IMG/VR virus record: IMGVR_UViG_3300010293_000478 | Span: 1-53,894 of that record | DNA length: 53,894 bases | Direction: 5' to 3' (one strand) | DNA from: a virus | Lineage: Duplodnaviria; Caudoviricetes | Shown here: positions 1-10,504 of the stretch, in pieces | Numbering within the stretch: position 1 is the first letter of the stretch | Layout: every line of letters starts with the position of its first letter | The notes under the pieces: generated by a model | The model's input: only the letters and a program-made list of their open reading frames with translations | What the model was told of the DNA's origin: nothing | Databases searched by the model: none | Program-made: the position numbers and the translations under genes

Positions 1-743
1 CCTTCCCAAAGGTTAAAGGTGCTTGGGTATTTATTTTTAAATTGTTCGTCTATTGTCCTTAATTCTCCAAATGGCTTTTTAAAGTACCCTGTTTTTTGTA
101 ACCTTATGTAAGCATCCTCTGTTGGCATACTGAAATACAATCTTGTTCTACATAGCATATTATAAGCCATTCCTCCGCCTCCTTCAAATGTAGTTCCTAA
201 ATAATCTCTGTTTATTTCTTTATATGTTAGACCTGTTTTTTCGTATTCAGTATAAAAGTATTCCCTTAAAGGGTGTGCCTTTTCTGTATCTTCATTTTTA
301 CTAAATATCAAAATATCCTCATAATAATTAACCATTGATTTTTTAGCAAACAAACAATTTGCAAAGTCGTTTTTCTCCCAAATAGCCCGATAAGAAAACG
401 GCACATTTGATATTGTTTCGTTTATTAACTGTGTTGTAAATGGTTCTTGACTAAATAAACACATTTTGCCGTTCTTCCTTAAAATACGGTTTGCAATTTC
501 ATAAACCTTTTTAGGCTCAATAACCGAATCCCAATGATATTCATTACTCCGAGTTTTTGAACTTGTCAATGTCGCTCCTTGAAGTGTCCCATACGGCAAA
601 TCCGTCAATATCAAATCAACCGAACCGCTTTGTATCTTATCGCTTTCAATTAAACAATCACCTAAAAAAACCTGTGCATAACACTCGCTATAAGTAATGG
701 CGGGCGTAGTTGGTAAATTATCGTTTGTGCTTTCTATTGTCAT
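1..743 (-). CDS. DNA N6-adenine/N4-cytosine methyltransferase (beta class), runs off the window edge
   Basis: Not in the ORF track. Manual translation from ATG at 743 gives MTIESTNDN...FLGDCLIESDKIQSGSVDLILTDLPYG...RILRKNG...IWEKN, with a DPPY-like catalytic motif (DLPY) and the typical GDC / WxK motifs. Confidence 0.85.
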   Translation of the reverse strand, partial: MTIESTNDNLPTTPAITYSECYAQVFLGDCLIESDKIQSGSVDLILTDLPYGTLQGATLTSSKTRSNEYHWDSVIEPKKVYEIANRILRKNGKMCLFSQEPFTTQLINETISNVPFSYRAIWEKNDFANCLFAKKSMVNYYEDILIFSKNEDTEKAHPLREYFYTEYEKTGLTYKEINRDYLGTTFEGGGGMAYNMLCRTRLYFSMPTEDAYIRLQKTGYFKKPFGELRTIDEQFKNKYPSTFNLWE

Positions 744-806
744 TTTCTGTATTTTTAAAGTGAGTAGTTCCAAAACCGCCACTACTCATAGCGGAAACGT
801 TTTATA
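676..806. repeat. attC-like imperfect inverted repeat
   Basis: CGCTATAAGTAATGGCGG (686-703) pairs with CCGCCACTACTCATAGCG (776-793), flanked by TAAC (679-682) and GTT (799-801). Confidence 0.6.
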
Positions 807-807
807 C

Positions 808-1788
808 TTATATCAATGACCAATTAATTCCACCATAAACAACAAACCACTTATTTTTTTCCGGGTCGGCTTTCAATACCAACTCACTCCCAGTTTCAGA
901 GGCAGTTATACCCGTACTGATCGAACCATCAAAATCAATTACATCACTCCCTGCTCTGACAATAGTAACTGCATAGGAATTGGAAGTGATTTTACGCACA
1001 GGAATGACCACAGGACCTACGGTCGCAGCCTCTGGTAAACCTAACTCAATGTTTTCTGTGATACTACCTGCTAATATATAGTCGTTGGCTATATTTAAAA
1101 CACCATCATTATCCATGAATCCTATAACTTTTGCGGATTCCCCGGATAAGGTAATGGATGAACTTCGAGCTTCGACCATCCAACGCCACAATAAATCGAT
1201 TTGAACAGCCCGGAGAATAACCCAATCACCAATACCCGGTAACGATAGTGAGGCGGAAGCCCTACTATCAATTACAATTGCATCGGTTCCTGTTTTAGAT
1301 ACAAGCACACTATAGTTACCGGCATATTTCCTGACTAATATGGCTGCCCCGGCATTATTCTCAGCACTCGGTAAGGTCAATTCTACCACGGCACTTTCAG
1401 CCTTCGCGTAGACGGCAAAATTAGCGGTTGTAAGGGACCCACTGGCTTCAATAAAGACATAAGCCATCCACGACTCAATCTTCGGTAACAACTCCCCTAA
1501 CGGACTTACAACGAGTTTATTCTGCTGACCAACCAAAGCTGCAAACGCCTGACTAATTACTTTACCATCCTCATCAACAGAGAATAGGTCATTAACATTC
1601 AGGTTTTTTGTTTTTAAATCAACCAACTCCACCGGTGAATCGTCCGTTGGTTTAATGGTGCCATCTGACTCCTGACTCCATAATGAGGTGAATGATGTTA
1701 AAGCCTCATACAACTCAGTGAACATAGCATTTAGTTTCCCTCTGAAACTACTACCGGAATCGCCATTATTTAAAGTTTGTTGTGCCAT
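808..1788 (-). CDS. Minor tail / tail-tip associated protein
   Basis: Lies downstream of the tape measure and hub genes; has two internally similar halves (LTLPSA...ILVRK / LGLPEA...IPVRK). Confidence 0.55.
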   Translation of the reverse strand: MAQQTLNNGDSGSSFRGKLNAMFTELYEALTSFTSLWSQESDGTIKPTDDSPVELVDLKTKNLNVNDLFSVDEDGKVISQAFAALVGQQNKLVVSPLGELLPKIESWMAYVFIEASGSLTTANFAVYAKAESAVVELTLPSAENNAGAAILVRKYAGNYSVLVSKTGTDAIVIDSRASASLSLPGIGDWVILRAVQIDLLWRWMVEARSSSITLSGESAKVIGFMDNDGVLNIANDYILAGSITENIELGLPEAATVGPVVIPVRKITSNSYAVTIVRAGSDVIDFDGSISTGITASETGSELVLKADPEKNKWFVVYGGINWSLI

Positions 1789-1794
1789 TGTTTT

Positions 1795-3714
1795 TTATAT
1801 TTCGTCCCAAATTTCAGTATCTATCCAAACCCCGTAGTCATCCCACGACCCGGTAGCCAATACCCAAGGTTTTGAGGCATATCCTATCAATTCCACCCCG
1901 TAGGAATCCTGCCTAACATCCCAACTATAACTCGCGATCAAAAAATGCTGATCTAAACCTGCCACCTCCATCTTAGTGTACGGGAATAGTATATAGTCCT
2001 CATAAGCATACAAGCGACTAAACAAAGTCCCGGAAACCCTGATTTTATTGAGGGCATAAAAGGTAATATAACGTTCCATGGTAAAGTCCGGTAATTTCAT
2101 CGGACCACCATTAGTTATGAATTTGTGATTTCTTATAACCTCGTATTCACCACTCCGTTTACATATTAGATTATTGTAGTAAATATAAGGGTCACGCGGG
2201 TTAGTTATTTCAATAGAGTCATGCCCATAATACTTCTCCAAACTGACTGACTTAGGGTTCTCGTCGTTTATACTGGTTTTCTTTTTAATATTATCGCTAT
2301 ACTCGGTTCCTGCTGAATCTTTAACAGCAATTAATTTCCAATCGGAATACTCTATATACCACAAATCATCAACAGGGTCCGGTGCCGCGGGCATCATTGA
2401 GAAAATTAATATCCCGTCGTAGTCCTTCAAATAAATAACACGTTCTATTGTTTTAGCAGAATTAAACCCAAGTATTTCCTCTGGCCAAAACACCTGCCAA
2501 TTATTAAGAAAACGAAAACCAAAATACACAGTTGCTCCCAGTCTTGTAGGATTCTCCCGGAATGAAGCTAACCGAACTTTTAAGGTCAGTTTAAAATAAC
2601 CTTTTTTGTGCGGGAAATCATTATGGAATTGAATATTAACTTGTGGTGTTCTAAAATAAGGGTTTCCAATTATTTGGTTAATATACCATGGTTTCAATAT
2701 GACCAACGAACGACTAATAACCATAGGAAAGTTATTAGGATTCCACTGACTCATTATCTCCGGGTCGAAATGAACGTACGGGGTTCTGTTTTCAAATAGG
2801 TTTTTAATTTTATCCTGTACAAAAACCAATTCTATATCCTTAGCAGGAATCTCAGCTTTCAAGTCAAGTGAGGAATTAACCTCACTATCAACACCAATTC
2901 TATGTGTTTTTTGTAAAGAAACCCCAACATGTTCAAATAATTCTCCGGTTCTCAGTATAGTGGACGCCCAAGTTACTGCCGGGTAATCCACATTCCTAAT
3001 TAGATAAGAATCTTTATAAGAACATATCTGCGCAACGTGGCTTTCTAATAAATCAGTCAAAACCTGCTGGCAATTTTTATCCCGGAACCGGTAACAATCC
3101 ACATAAGTATTAAACAAACAACCAGCATATTTATTGCCCAAATATTGAGGTCGTATTGGAATCGCATCATACCAATATTGAGAGGTCATGCCTATCTTCC
3201 ACAGAATAAAACTAATAATATCACTAATTCTATAAATACCGGTTATGTAACTATCATCGTTGTGTAAGAATTTATGATCCTTCAAGGTGCCTAAATTATC
3301 ACTAAATGAAATAGTTACAACCTGTTTTAACGCCTTGTAATGCTGCTGGTAAGTTTGAGGGGTGATATAACCAACCCCCTGTAAAATAGGGGTTTTGGAT
3401 TCTACCTTGTAAAACTTTAATAGGTATTGTTTATTGGAGGCATAACGAAGCTCATTGAACTGGTTGGTGTAGTCGCTTATGAAACTCAATTCATACATCG
3501 TGCCGGCAATTGGCCTAAATACATCACCATCAACGAAACTGTGATTAATTGTCAGGGGTTTAGTATGACCTACTAAATTAGACACAAGCCCCCCGTAACC
3601 CCTCTCAAGTATTTCCACCTGATAACGATTACCAGAGCGACTACCAAATGTTAATTGGTATTTGACCCCATAAGCGGGTAAGGCTTGTATGTTATCTAAT
3701 ATACTATAACTCAT
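1795..3714 (-). CDS. Tail hub / distal tail protein
   Basis: 639 aa, directly after the tape measure gene; called from synteny. Confidence 0.55.
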   Translation of the reverse strand: MSYSILDNIQALPAYGVKYQLTFGSRSGNRYQVEILERGYGGLVSNLVGHTKPLTINHSFVDGDVFRPIAGTMYELSFISDYTNQFNELRYASNKQYLLKFYKVESKTPILQGVGYITPQTYQQHYKALKQVVTISFSDNLGTLKDHKFLHNDDSYITGIYRISDIISFILWKIGMTSQYWYDAIPIRPQYLGNKYAGCLFNTYVDCYRFRDKNCQQVLTDLLESHVAQICSYKDSYLIRNVDYPAVTWASTILRTGELFEHVGVSLQKTHRIGVDSEVNSSLDLKAEIPAKDIELVFVQDKIKNLFENRTPYVHFDPEIMSQWNPNNFPMVISRSLVILKPWYINQIIGNPYFRTPQVNIQFHNDFPHKKGYFKLTLKVRLASFRENPTRLGATVYFGFRFLNNWQVFWPEEILGFNSAKTIERVIYLKDYDGILIFSMMPAAPDPVDDLWYIEYSDWKLIAVKDSAGTEYSDNIKKKTSINDENPKSVSLEKYYGHDSIEITNPRDPYIYYNNLICKRSGEYEVIRNHKFITNGGPMKLPDFTMERYITFYALNKIRVSGTLFSRLYAYEDYILFPYTKMEVAGLDQHFLIASYSWDVRQDSYGVELIGYASKPWVLATGSWDDYGVWIDTEIWDEI

Positions 3715-6434
3715 TACTCAAACCATGATTTTTTTTGTTCAAACCTTCTATTTGTAATGTGTATAACATCCCCGGCAATTTGTCCGTAAACATTCACATC
3801 CAACTCATCCATACCAAACCCAAACATCGAAGGAGTCAGTGCCTGCGGGGCTGGTAAAACCACCTCATTACTGGTTAAACGTGCTAAATATGAATCATTC
3901 GGAAAGCCTTCCGGAATTACACCTCCTTTAAGCAGTCCGGGAATACCCATAGTTTTACCAAACATCTTCATAAATAGACTACCAAACCCGCCACCGGCTT
4001 TACCAGTAGTAGCAAAACTGGCAGGGCCAAAGCCCCCAAATGCCGCACTTAATACAGTGGATAATACTAACGCCGCTACTGCTGCTGCTATCAATTTCTT
4101 TATTAAAGCCTCCAAACCCTGCCACAGGCTTTTGAAAAAGTTTTGACCATTAAATAAAGCTGCGGTAAACGCCTCACTTAATACTTCCGATATTAAGTTG
4201 GCAATCATTTCTGCCTGATTTATAGTAGCATCAAACTTCTCATTAATTGCGTCCATTGAAGGCATTGCAATATCCTTCAAAGTACTAAACTGGGTAGTGG
4301 TGGTACCGAGTAAGGAATACGCCTCACCAGCCGCCATGCCCATTTTAGTCAGGGTTTCTACCACTTTTGGATCGACCATTATTTGCTGAGAGGCCACACC
4401 AACCAACTCAATTTCCCGCCTAACGCTTATCATACCCCTGCGGTAATAATCATAAGCAGTGCTCATTGCCGTTATTGGGGTATGCATATCATTTGTATAA
4501 GTATTCCAAAACTCCATCGACTCCATAGCCTCTCTAATTTTTTTGTTTATCTCCCCTAATTCCCGACGAGTTGCGATCAATCCCTGAGCATTCTGCAGGT
4601 CCTCCAATTGTTTTGATAGACTCTCCAAAATACCCGGAGGTTTGGCGGGAGGGGGTTCCACTATTTCTTCAAACAATTTAAACTCTACCCCGAGCAATCT
4701 CAAAGCCTCTTGCAGGTCAGCAATAAACTGCGTAGTTTCCTTACTGGATTCGCCAAACTTCTCCACTTCTATACGGGAAGTCCTGTTGGCGGTTGCTAAT
4801 TTATCCTTCAAATAATCCGACAGGGTGCTCAATTCGTTTTGTGACATCTGCCGCATAAGACGTTGCAGATTCTCCAAGTTTAGTTTCAAACCCATAGCAC
4901 TCAGACCACCCCCTGACAAATTAACCGACAATGCTTTCCAATGTAATAAGACAGAACCCATGTCCATACCTTCAATGGCATCCTTCAATCCTAACTGCTC
5001 ATTCTTAGCCTCACGAGCACGTAAGGCAAATATTGTTAAACCAGCAGAGGCCAATGATAATAAACCAATCAGTAAACCTAACGGGGTTGTCATGATTGCC
5101 GTAGAAACCCCGTGTATTGCTATTTTAATGGCTTGTAAACCCACAATAAATTTAGGAATCAAAGTGGTTATCATAAAGCCAATAGCAGTTAACAAAGGTC
5201 CAATTGCCATTACTAACCCACCTATAACTAATACCACATTCTTCCCGGCATCCGGCAATTGAGTAAACCAAATGGAAACCGCTTTCAATAAATTACTTAG
5301 TCTGAGCAGTACCGGCATCAAGTGGTGTTGGATGGATTGACCCAGTTGGATCATCGCTGCTTGTGAGTTATGCATTGCTGTATCAAATTGAGCTTCCACC
5401 GTCTCTGCGTATGCCGCGAATGCCCGGTCAGAGTCCCCGGTAACATTTTCCAACGCCGCAAATATTTTTATATTATCCGCCACATTGCTACCCATGAGGT
5501 CCAACACCCCAGCAAGTGCCCTAATATTAGGCATGACCATCGCCATTGCCTCCTCTCCATATTCTTTAGTGACCGACCGGAGTTTCATAAGACCATCCAA
5601 CAATCCCTGCTCCCTGATAATTTTACGAAGTTCTTCGCTACTGGTTCCCATTGCTGACAACGCATCCTCCGCCTGCTTAGAGGGTTTCAGTAGTGCCGAC
5701 ATAATACCCCTCAATTGAGTGGCAGCCTGAGCAGCGTCAGTACCGGTTCTGGTCATTGCTGCCGTAGTCGCTGCTACCTGATCAAACGTGATATTCATTT
5801 CAGCAGCAATTGGTAATACCTGACCCAAACTTGCTGCTAAATCCGGGGCTTCTGCCTTACCTTCCCGGACTGCTGCCACAAGAATATCAGTTGCCTTAGC
5901 GGCTGACATGTTTTGTACACCATAGGCATTAATCGCGGAGGTTACCAAGTCAGCAATAACACCGGTGTCTCCCAAACCAGCAGCAGCCGCCCGTGTTGAC
6001 ATTTTTAAAACATCCATTGCCTCCGATGCCTTAATACCAGCGGAGGTGATAAAGTATAAAGCCTCAGCCATTTCTTTAGGACCCTTACCAAGTGCCGGTG
6101 ATAATTGAAGTATTTCCTGACCCCATGCCGCTACCTGATCCTCAGCCACGCCAACAAGACCTGATATACGTGACATAGTTAAATCAAAGTCCTTACTCAT
6201 TTTGATTGCCCCACCAGCAATACCAGCCATCGGGAGCGTCACCATCAAAGTCATTTGTTTGCCGACTTTAGTTAGTGATTTTCCAATGTCCTGAATACTA
6301 CGGTCAGTTGTTTTCAGGCTGTCACTCATCTTTTCGGATGATGTTCTCATGGACCTTTCAGCCTCTTGCAATGAAGCCTGTAGCGGTGCTAAATCCGCCT
6401 GTATTCGAGCAACTAAACTACCAAGGTCAATCAT
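3714..6434 (-). CDS. Tail tape measure protein (TP901-type core)
   Basis: 906 aa, Ala-rich and helical, N-terminus DLGSLVARIQAD, hydrophobic central segment, follows the tail chaperones. Confidence 0.9.
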   Translation of the reverse strand: MIDLGSLVARIQADLAPLQASLQEAERSMRTSSEKMSDSLKTTDRSIQDIGKSLTKVGKQMTLMVTLPMAGIAGGAIKMSKDFDLTMSRISGLVGVAEDQVAAWGQEILQLSPALGKGPKEMAEALYFITSAGIKASEAMDVLKMSTRAAAAGLGDTGVIADLVTSAINAYGVQNMSAAKATDILVAAVREGKAEAPDLAASLGQVLPIAAEMNITFDQVAATTAAMTRTGTDAAQAATQLRGIMSALLKPSKQAEDALSAMGTSSEELRKIIREQGLLDGLMKLRSVTKEYGEEAMAMVMPNIRALAGVLDLMGSNVADNIKIFAALENVTGDSDRAFAAYAETVEAQFDTAMHNSQAAMIQLGQSIQHHLMPVLLRLSNLLKAVSIWFTQLPDAGKNVVLVIGGLVMAIGPLLTAIGFMITTLIPKFIVGLQAIKIAIHGVSTAIMTTPLGLLIGLLSLASAGLTIFALRAREAKNEQLGLKDAIEGMDMGSVLLHWKALSVNLSGGGLSAMGLKLNLENLQRLMRQMSQNELSTLSDYLKDKLATANRTSRIEVEKFGESSKETTQFIADLQEALRLLGVEFKLFEEIVEPPPAKPPGILESLSKQLEDLQNAQGLIATRRELGEINKKIREAMESMEFWNTYTNDMHTPITAMSTAYDYYRRGMISVRREIELVGVASQQIMVDPKVVETLTKMGMAAGEAYSLLGTTTTQFSTLKDIAMPSMDAINEKFDATINQAEMIANLISEVLSEAFTAALFNGQNFFKSLWQGLEALIKKLIAAAVAALVLSTVLSAAFGGFGPASFATTGKAGGGFGSLFMKMFGKTMGIPGLLKGGVIPEGFPNDSYLARLTSNEVVLPAPQALTPSMFGFGMDELDVNVYGQIAGDVIHITNRRFEQKKSWFE

Positions 6435-6756
6435 TTATTTTTTTATCTTTTCTGCCAAACCGGCTGGCAATTAACTTTAATTGTCTTTTTTGCTCCTCAA
6501 TGCTTTGTAATTTTACGTTTTCTTTATCCCAAGGTAAAGGCAGTTGTTTTTGGGCATCACTGATTGGTCTTTTTAGCGACTTACCAGCGGCATTCCATAT
6601 ATGAACTGCCAAGTACCTGACACTTTCGTATTGTACCTTAATTTCGTTTTCTTGTTTTTTATTCCAATCCGCTAAAGCGAGGTAAAATTCCACCGGACTT
6701 AACTCATAAAACTCCTCCGGGGTTATACCAAACCTGCTCAATGCCAAACCAGCCAA
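6427..6756 (-). CDS. Tail assembly chaperone, frameshift extension (lambda T-like)
   Basis: FGITPEEFYELSPVEF motif; TTG start only; in the -1 frame of the upstream gene. Confidence 0.75.
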   Translation of the reverse strand: MAGLALSRFGITPEEFYELSPVEFYLALADWNKKQENEIKVQYESVRYLAVHIWNAAGKSLKRPISDAQKQLPLPWDKENVKLQSIEEQKRQLKLIASRFGRKDKKIND

Positions 6757-6776
6757 GTAATCAAAATTAAGGTGTG

Positions 6777-7112
6777 CTACTTTTTTTCAATGAACTGCTT
6801 ATCATCTCCTGCTGTGGAATTTACTGGTAAAAGCAAATCCGCGGCGTTAAAAAATTCAGGAATCAACTTGACAAAGTCAAAATAAACCTCATCCATAGCT
6901 TCCTCAATGTTTTCAAGAGTGAACGAGCACTCAACCTTCTCAATCTGAGCACCTTTCTGCAAGGAATAAAGTAACAGGTGTTCAAACAATTCGTAGTCAT
7001 CAGCCTTCATGTTACTGACATCCCTGCCTAATGTTTCCTTTACTTTCTTCAAAGCGTAATAAGAAATACGAACCGGAACCTGTTTACCATTGATTGTTAA
7101 ATACTTCACCAT
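6777..7112 (-). CDS. Tail assembly chaperone (lambda G-like)
   Basis: Between the tail tube and tape measure genes; ends GAA AAA AAG TAG. Confidence 0.75.
   Translation of the reverse strand: MVKYLTINGKQVPVRISYYALKKVKETLGRDVSNMKADDYELFEHLLLYSLQKGAQIEKVECSFTLENIEEAMDEVYFDFVKLIPEFFNAADLLLPVNSTAGDDKQFIEKK
6780..6786 (-). promoter_or_regulatory. -1 ribosomal frameshift slippery site A-AAA-AAG
   Basis: A -1 slip reads ...EKK-VAHLNFDYLAGLALSRFG with no stop into the 6427..6756 frame. Confidence 0.8.
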
Positions 7113-7172
7113 TTTATTAGAGTTTTTTGATTAATATAAAACCATGATTAGGTTGTATTTTTGGGCTACTAA

Positions 7173-7610
7173 TTAACCCCCGCTGCTACCGTCGAAGTGG
7201 TTCACCTTACCGGATAATTTGATAGTCACATCACAACTGATTTTATCATTGACCTCAATTGATAATGGTAATTCAGTAACAAGACCCTCAAACTCCAGTG
7301 TGGTTTGATCCTCATCAGGTATTACGATTTTGTAATTCTGGCGGTCATTGTCTTCAAAATCCGCTTTCATTACATCGTAGGTTTCACGCGAAAAGTTCAT
7401 GGACAATACGACCGTTCCCGGGTCGCGTAATGCTCCAATAAACTCCATGTAACCATCTTCTGTGTCAAGACTGGTTACGTCGATAGTATTGCGACTCATT
7501 CCCGGACCATTGATGCTGGTTACCTCAGCAATTGGTTCCCATGCCGCCGGGGTGGAATCAGCATTCCAACGGGAAAATATAGTCCCAACACCTGCAATGG
7601 CATTCGACAT
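7173..7610 (-). CDS. Major tail tube protein
   Basis: IAEVTSINGP...IDVTSLD...EFIGALRDPG motif, strong SD (AAAGGAGG), synteny. Confidence 0.85.
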   Translation of the reverse strand: MSNAIAGVGTIFSRWNADSTPAAWEPIAEVTSINGPGMSRNTIDVTSLDTEDGYMEFIGALRDPGTVVLSMNFSRETYDVMKADFEDNDRQNYKIVIPDEDQTTLEFEGLVTELPLSIEVNDKISCDVTIKLSGKVNHFDGSSGG

Positions 7611-7612
7611 TT

Positions 7613-8005
7613 TTACCTCCTTTGAATTTCAAAATTAATTATAAAACGTACTCGTTGATTGTTATCCCAGTCCAGTAACGCAGGTCCACTGGACACATAG
7701 ATAATAGAATAATAAGCATCATTCCACTCCTCGCCTGCCCGGCCGTGCAACAATGCCATTACCCGGTTTACAATCTCCCATCCACCCGGGTAGGTGTTTG
7801 ATCTTACGCGCACCTGAATGGATTCGTAACGGTAAGATTCCCGACTCAATGAAAGTTGTGGCGGCATGCCCGGAGTGTCAAAAATGGTAGTACATTCATT
7901 CGGTTTGTCGGGTTCCTGTCCAATGAACAGGTTTGTCCCAAAAACGAAACCGGAACCACTTTCCGCCTCTAACATATCCTTTATGTCAACCGCTACACTA
8001 TTCAT
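7613..8005 (-). CDS. Tail terminator protein
   Basis: Immediately upstream of the tail tube gene; LFIGQEPD / IQVRVR pattern. Confidence 0.7.
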   Translation of the reverse strand: MNSVAVDIKDMLEAESGSGFVFGTNLFIGQEPDKPNECTTIFDTPGMPPQLSLSRESYRYESIQVRVRSNTYPGGWEIVNRVMALLHGRAGEEWNDAYYSIIYVSSGPALLDWDNNQRVRFIINFEIQRR

Positions 8006-8501
8006 TTTTCTTTTTATTTTTTAGTTTAGCCTCCTCAGCGATCACTTTAATCATAGCATCTTTATTTCGCTTTAAAGCAGCCTCCAAAAACTTAGCACCT
8101 GAATCTGGTCTACTGAATGAAGCTCCAACCATCTCATGCACATAAGCCGCATAATTAGCAGAAAACCCAAATATAACAGTAGGCTGACCTTGTTGATTTG
8201 CTACAGATTGTGCCCGAGCTTTTACCTGAGCATGAGTCTGTCCTAATTTATTGGCATTATCTCCTTTGAAAGAAACAGGCATTAAATCAGCAATTCCATT
8301 CTTCAAACTGGTTGTAAAGAAACTTGCCCGGAGGTTCCCCAAATCAACTGGTATTTTAGGGCTGGTTTTGTCCATATCACGACGTACAATAATAACAGCC
8401 CGTATCAAACCTTTACCGGTGACCAAACCAATATTAGTAACTTCTTTCTGCAAAGTTTTCATAACATCGTCGATACCATCCAATTTAACTGTACTTCTCA
8501 T
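7998..8501 (-). CDS. Tail completion protein (HK97 gp10-like); likely start MRSTVKL
   Basis: PVDLGNLRAS, ANYAAYVHE and AKFLEAA motifs; the longer ORF-track start overlaps the upstream gene. Confidence 0.75.
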   Translation of the reverse strand: MRSTVKLDGIDDVMKTLQKEVTNIGLVTGKGLIRAVIIVRRDMDKTSPKIPVDLGNLRASFFTTSLKNGIADLMPVSFKGDNANKLGQTHAQVKARAQSVANQQGQPTVIFGFSANYAAYVHEMVGASFSRPDSGAKFLEAALKRNKDAMIKVIAEEAKLKNKKKNE

Positions 8502-8502
8502 C

Positions 8503-8871
8503 TCATAGTCCTTTCTCTCCCACATAAGCTTTCCTAACGAATGCGTTAGCTCGTTTGAATAATGGTATTTTTTCATACTGCTGAATTTCAGCAGCACCCC
8601 ACTTGTAAGGGTCATTATCATGTAACTCCTGAACATAACCAAGTTTTACCATGCTCAACTCCTTCATATCAGTTGGCGTTAGTATAGTAGCACTTATGAC
8701 CATGTCCTTACCGGTTTTGTCCTTAATGACCTCCGTCTTTTCTTCCCAACGAACCCAAACCTGAACCGGGGCTGCAAATATCGCTTTACCAAACCCGTCC
8801 AAACCGAGGCGTTCCCAATAAACAGCCGGCTGTACACAAACCTTTTTTATGAATGATTCTATACCTGCCAT
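8503..8871 (-). CDS. Head closure protein
   Basis: DGFGK motif, ~120 aa, neck synteny. Confidence 0.65.
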   Translation of the reverse strand: MAGIESFIKKVCVQPAVYWERLGLDGFGKAIFAAPVQVWVRWEEKTEVIKDKTGKDMVISATILTPTDMKELSMVKLGYVQELHDNDPYKWGAAEIQQYEKIPLFKRANAFVRKAYVGEKGL

Positions 8872-8872
8872 C

Positions 8873-9241
8873 TTATTCCCTTATTGCCATTAATTTAACC
8901 CTTTTACCAGCCATCGCAGCAAAGGTGCCGGTGGTATCCAAAAACAAAACCATCTGACCATACTGGGTGGATTTAAGACCCTCCCCAAACACTCCGGCAT
9001 ACTCCACATAAGCCCCACCGGCACCCTCTTTAGTAGTAAGCCTTTCCCGGGTAATACTTATCAAATGAGCAGCCAACCACTTTTCCAACTCCTTCAATAC
9101 GTCGGCACTGAGTTTACCAATCGGAACTATATTGGCATCAATTGTAATTCCTGCTGAATTGATATACCCGTTAACTACCGGGGTATCCAAAGTAACCCCG
9201 TCCATAATTGCTAATACTTCTGCTGCCGTTACTCGTGCCAT
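8873..9241 (-). CDS. Head-tail adaptor
   Basis: WLAAHL and GLKSTQYGQ motifs; neck synteny. Confidence 0.7.
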   Translation of the reverse strand: MARVTAAEVLAIMDGVTLDTPVVNGYINSAGITIDANIVPIGKLSADVLKELEKWLAAHLISITRERLTTKEGAGGAYVEYAGVFGEGLKSTQYGQMVLFLDTTGTFAAMAGKRVKLMAIRE

Positions 9242-9245
9242 TTCT

Positions 9246-9926
9246 TTATCTCTTATTAGTTCGACCTTTGATTAACTGATCCTCAACAATTGGTACTATT
9301 TTCTCATTCCACCGCAAGCCTAACCAATCCAACGTTTCTGCCATTTGAGCGTAATCACCCTCAATCATACGGTCAGGCCATATAACTTTTACATTTAATC
9401 CAGCTTTAATCATCTCTACCAATTGATTCTCATGCTGGTGAATCCACCACGCCCATGCTTCTCGTTCATCAACAATTCCTATTTGCTCCCGGATTTTAGA
9501 ATTTTTATAAGCCTTCATAAACCCGGTTTTCATGCAACTTTCTATTATGTCACCGCTTCGGCGCCGGACAATTAACCACTTAGCGTCCGGGTAAGCCTTG
9601 TTCATCAACGGCCATATGTGAATCAACCTGCTACTTTTCAAAAACCAATTACCCCGCACATAACCCTGTACCATCAATGACTCCTCAATATCATTTCTCC
9701 AATTGTCAGGAACAGGCATGTCATGATTGGTGGCAACTAATGGATATTGCCCGTTTGGATCGGCTTGTTGAGAAATGTAATAGTAATCCATCAACTGCCT
9801 GATTGGTTTATTCTCCATCATAACGGAACAATTACCATGCCACACCCGACAAGATTGTAATATACGGGCAACAATTGTAGTGCCTGACCGCTCAATACCT
9901 GTTAGCAGAATTGGACTTTTAATCAT
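9246..9926 (-). CDS. Sulfotransferase-fold (P-loop) protein
   Basis: N-terminal LLTGIERSGTT (PAPS-binding loop) and later YPDAKWLIVRRR...IES pattern. Confidence 0.7.
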   Translation of the reverse strand: MIKSPILLTGIERSGTTIVARILQSCRVWHGNCSVMMENKPIRQLMDYYYISQQADPNGQYPLVATNHDMPVPDNWRNDIEESLMVQGYVRGNWFLKSSRLIHIWPLMNKAYPDAKWLIVRRRSGDIIESCMKTGFMKAYKNSKIREQIGIVDEREAWAWWIHQHENQLVEMIKAGLNVKVIWPDRMIEGDYAQMAETLDWLGLRWNEKIVPIVEDQLIKGRTNKR

Positions 9927-10504
9927 AACCGCCTCCCTCTTAGTAAGTAAATCACCTGTTTTCTTACGCTGGCTTGTGGTATTACATAACTTTTGTCAAT
10001 AGACAGTACTTGAGAATACCGGGCCAAAACATCATCCAAAGTAGGAAAATACCTAACATGCGTGCTTGCCGGATAATTAGGAACCGATAAAACAACCATA
10101 CTGCCGGTTTTTAAGCGTTGTAATAGCTTAATGTCGTCCGGGATATGCTCTAATACTTCCAAAAAGAGAAAGGCGTTGTAATCGCTTAAAACAAGGTTTG
10201 AGGTAAAAGCATCCCCACACTCAACTACATTGCCCACTCTTTCACGGGCTTGTTTTATAGCTTCCGGACTAAAGTCCAAACCCTGATAATGGATTCCGGG
10301 GCAAGTTCTCAATATCAATTCAGCAAACTGACCAACACCACACCCCACATCTAATACACTAAAAACTCCGGGAACCTGCATAACTAAATTACGGGCAGCA
10401 ACCCACATTGGGTAGTACAAACTCTCATAGTAGGGTTTGAAATACTCCTTACCGGCACCACCAGTTTTATAAATGGCATCGTATGTATTAGGATCCTGAC
10501 TCAT
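9923..10504 (-). CDS. Class I SAM-dependent methyltransferase; likely start MSQDPNT
   Basis: VLDVGCGVG, GLDFS and EVLEHI motifs. Confidence 0.85.
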   Translation of the reverse strand: MSQDPNTYDAIYKTGGAGKEYFKPYYESLYYPMWVAARNLVMQVPGVFSVLDVGCGVGQFAELILRTCPGIHYQGLDFSPEAIKQARERVGNVVECGDAFTSNLVLSDYNAFLFLEVLEHIPDDIKLLQRLKTGSMVVLSVPNYPASTHVRYFPTLDDVLARYSQVLSIDKSYVIPQASVRKQVIYLLRGRRL

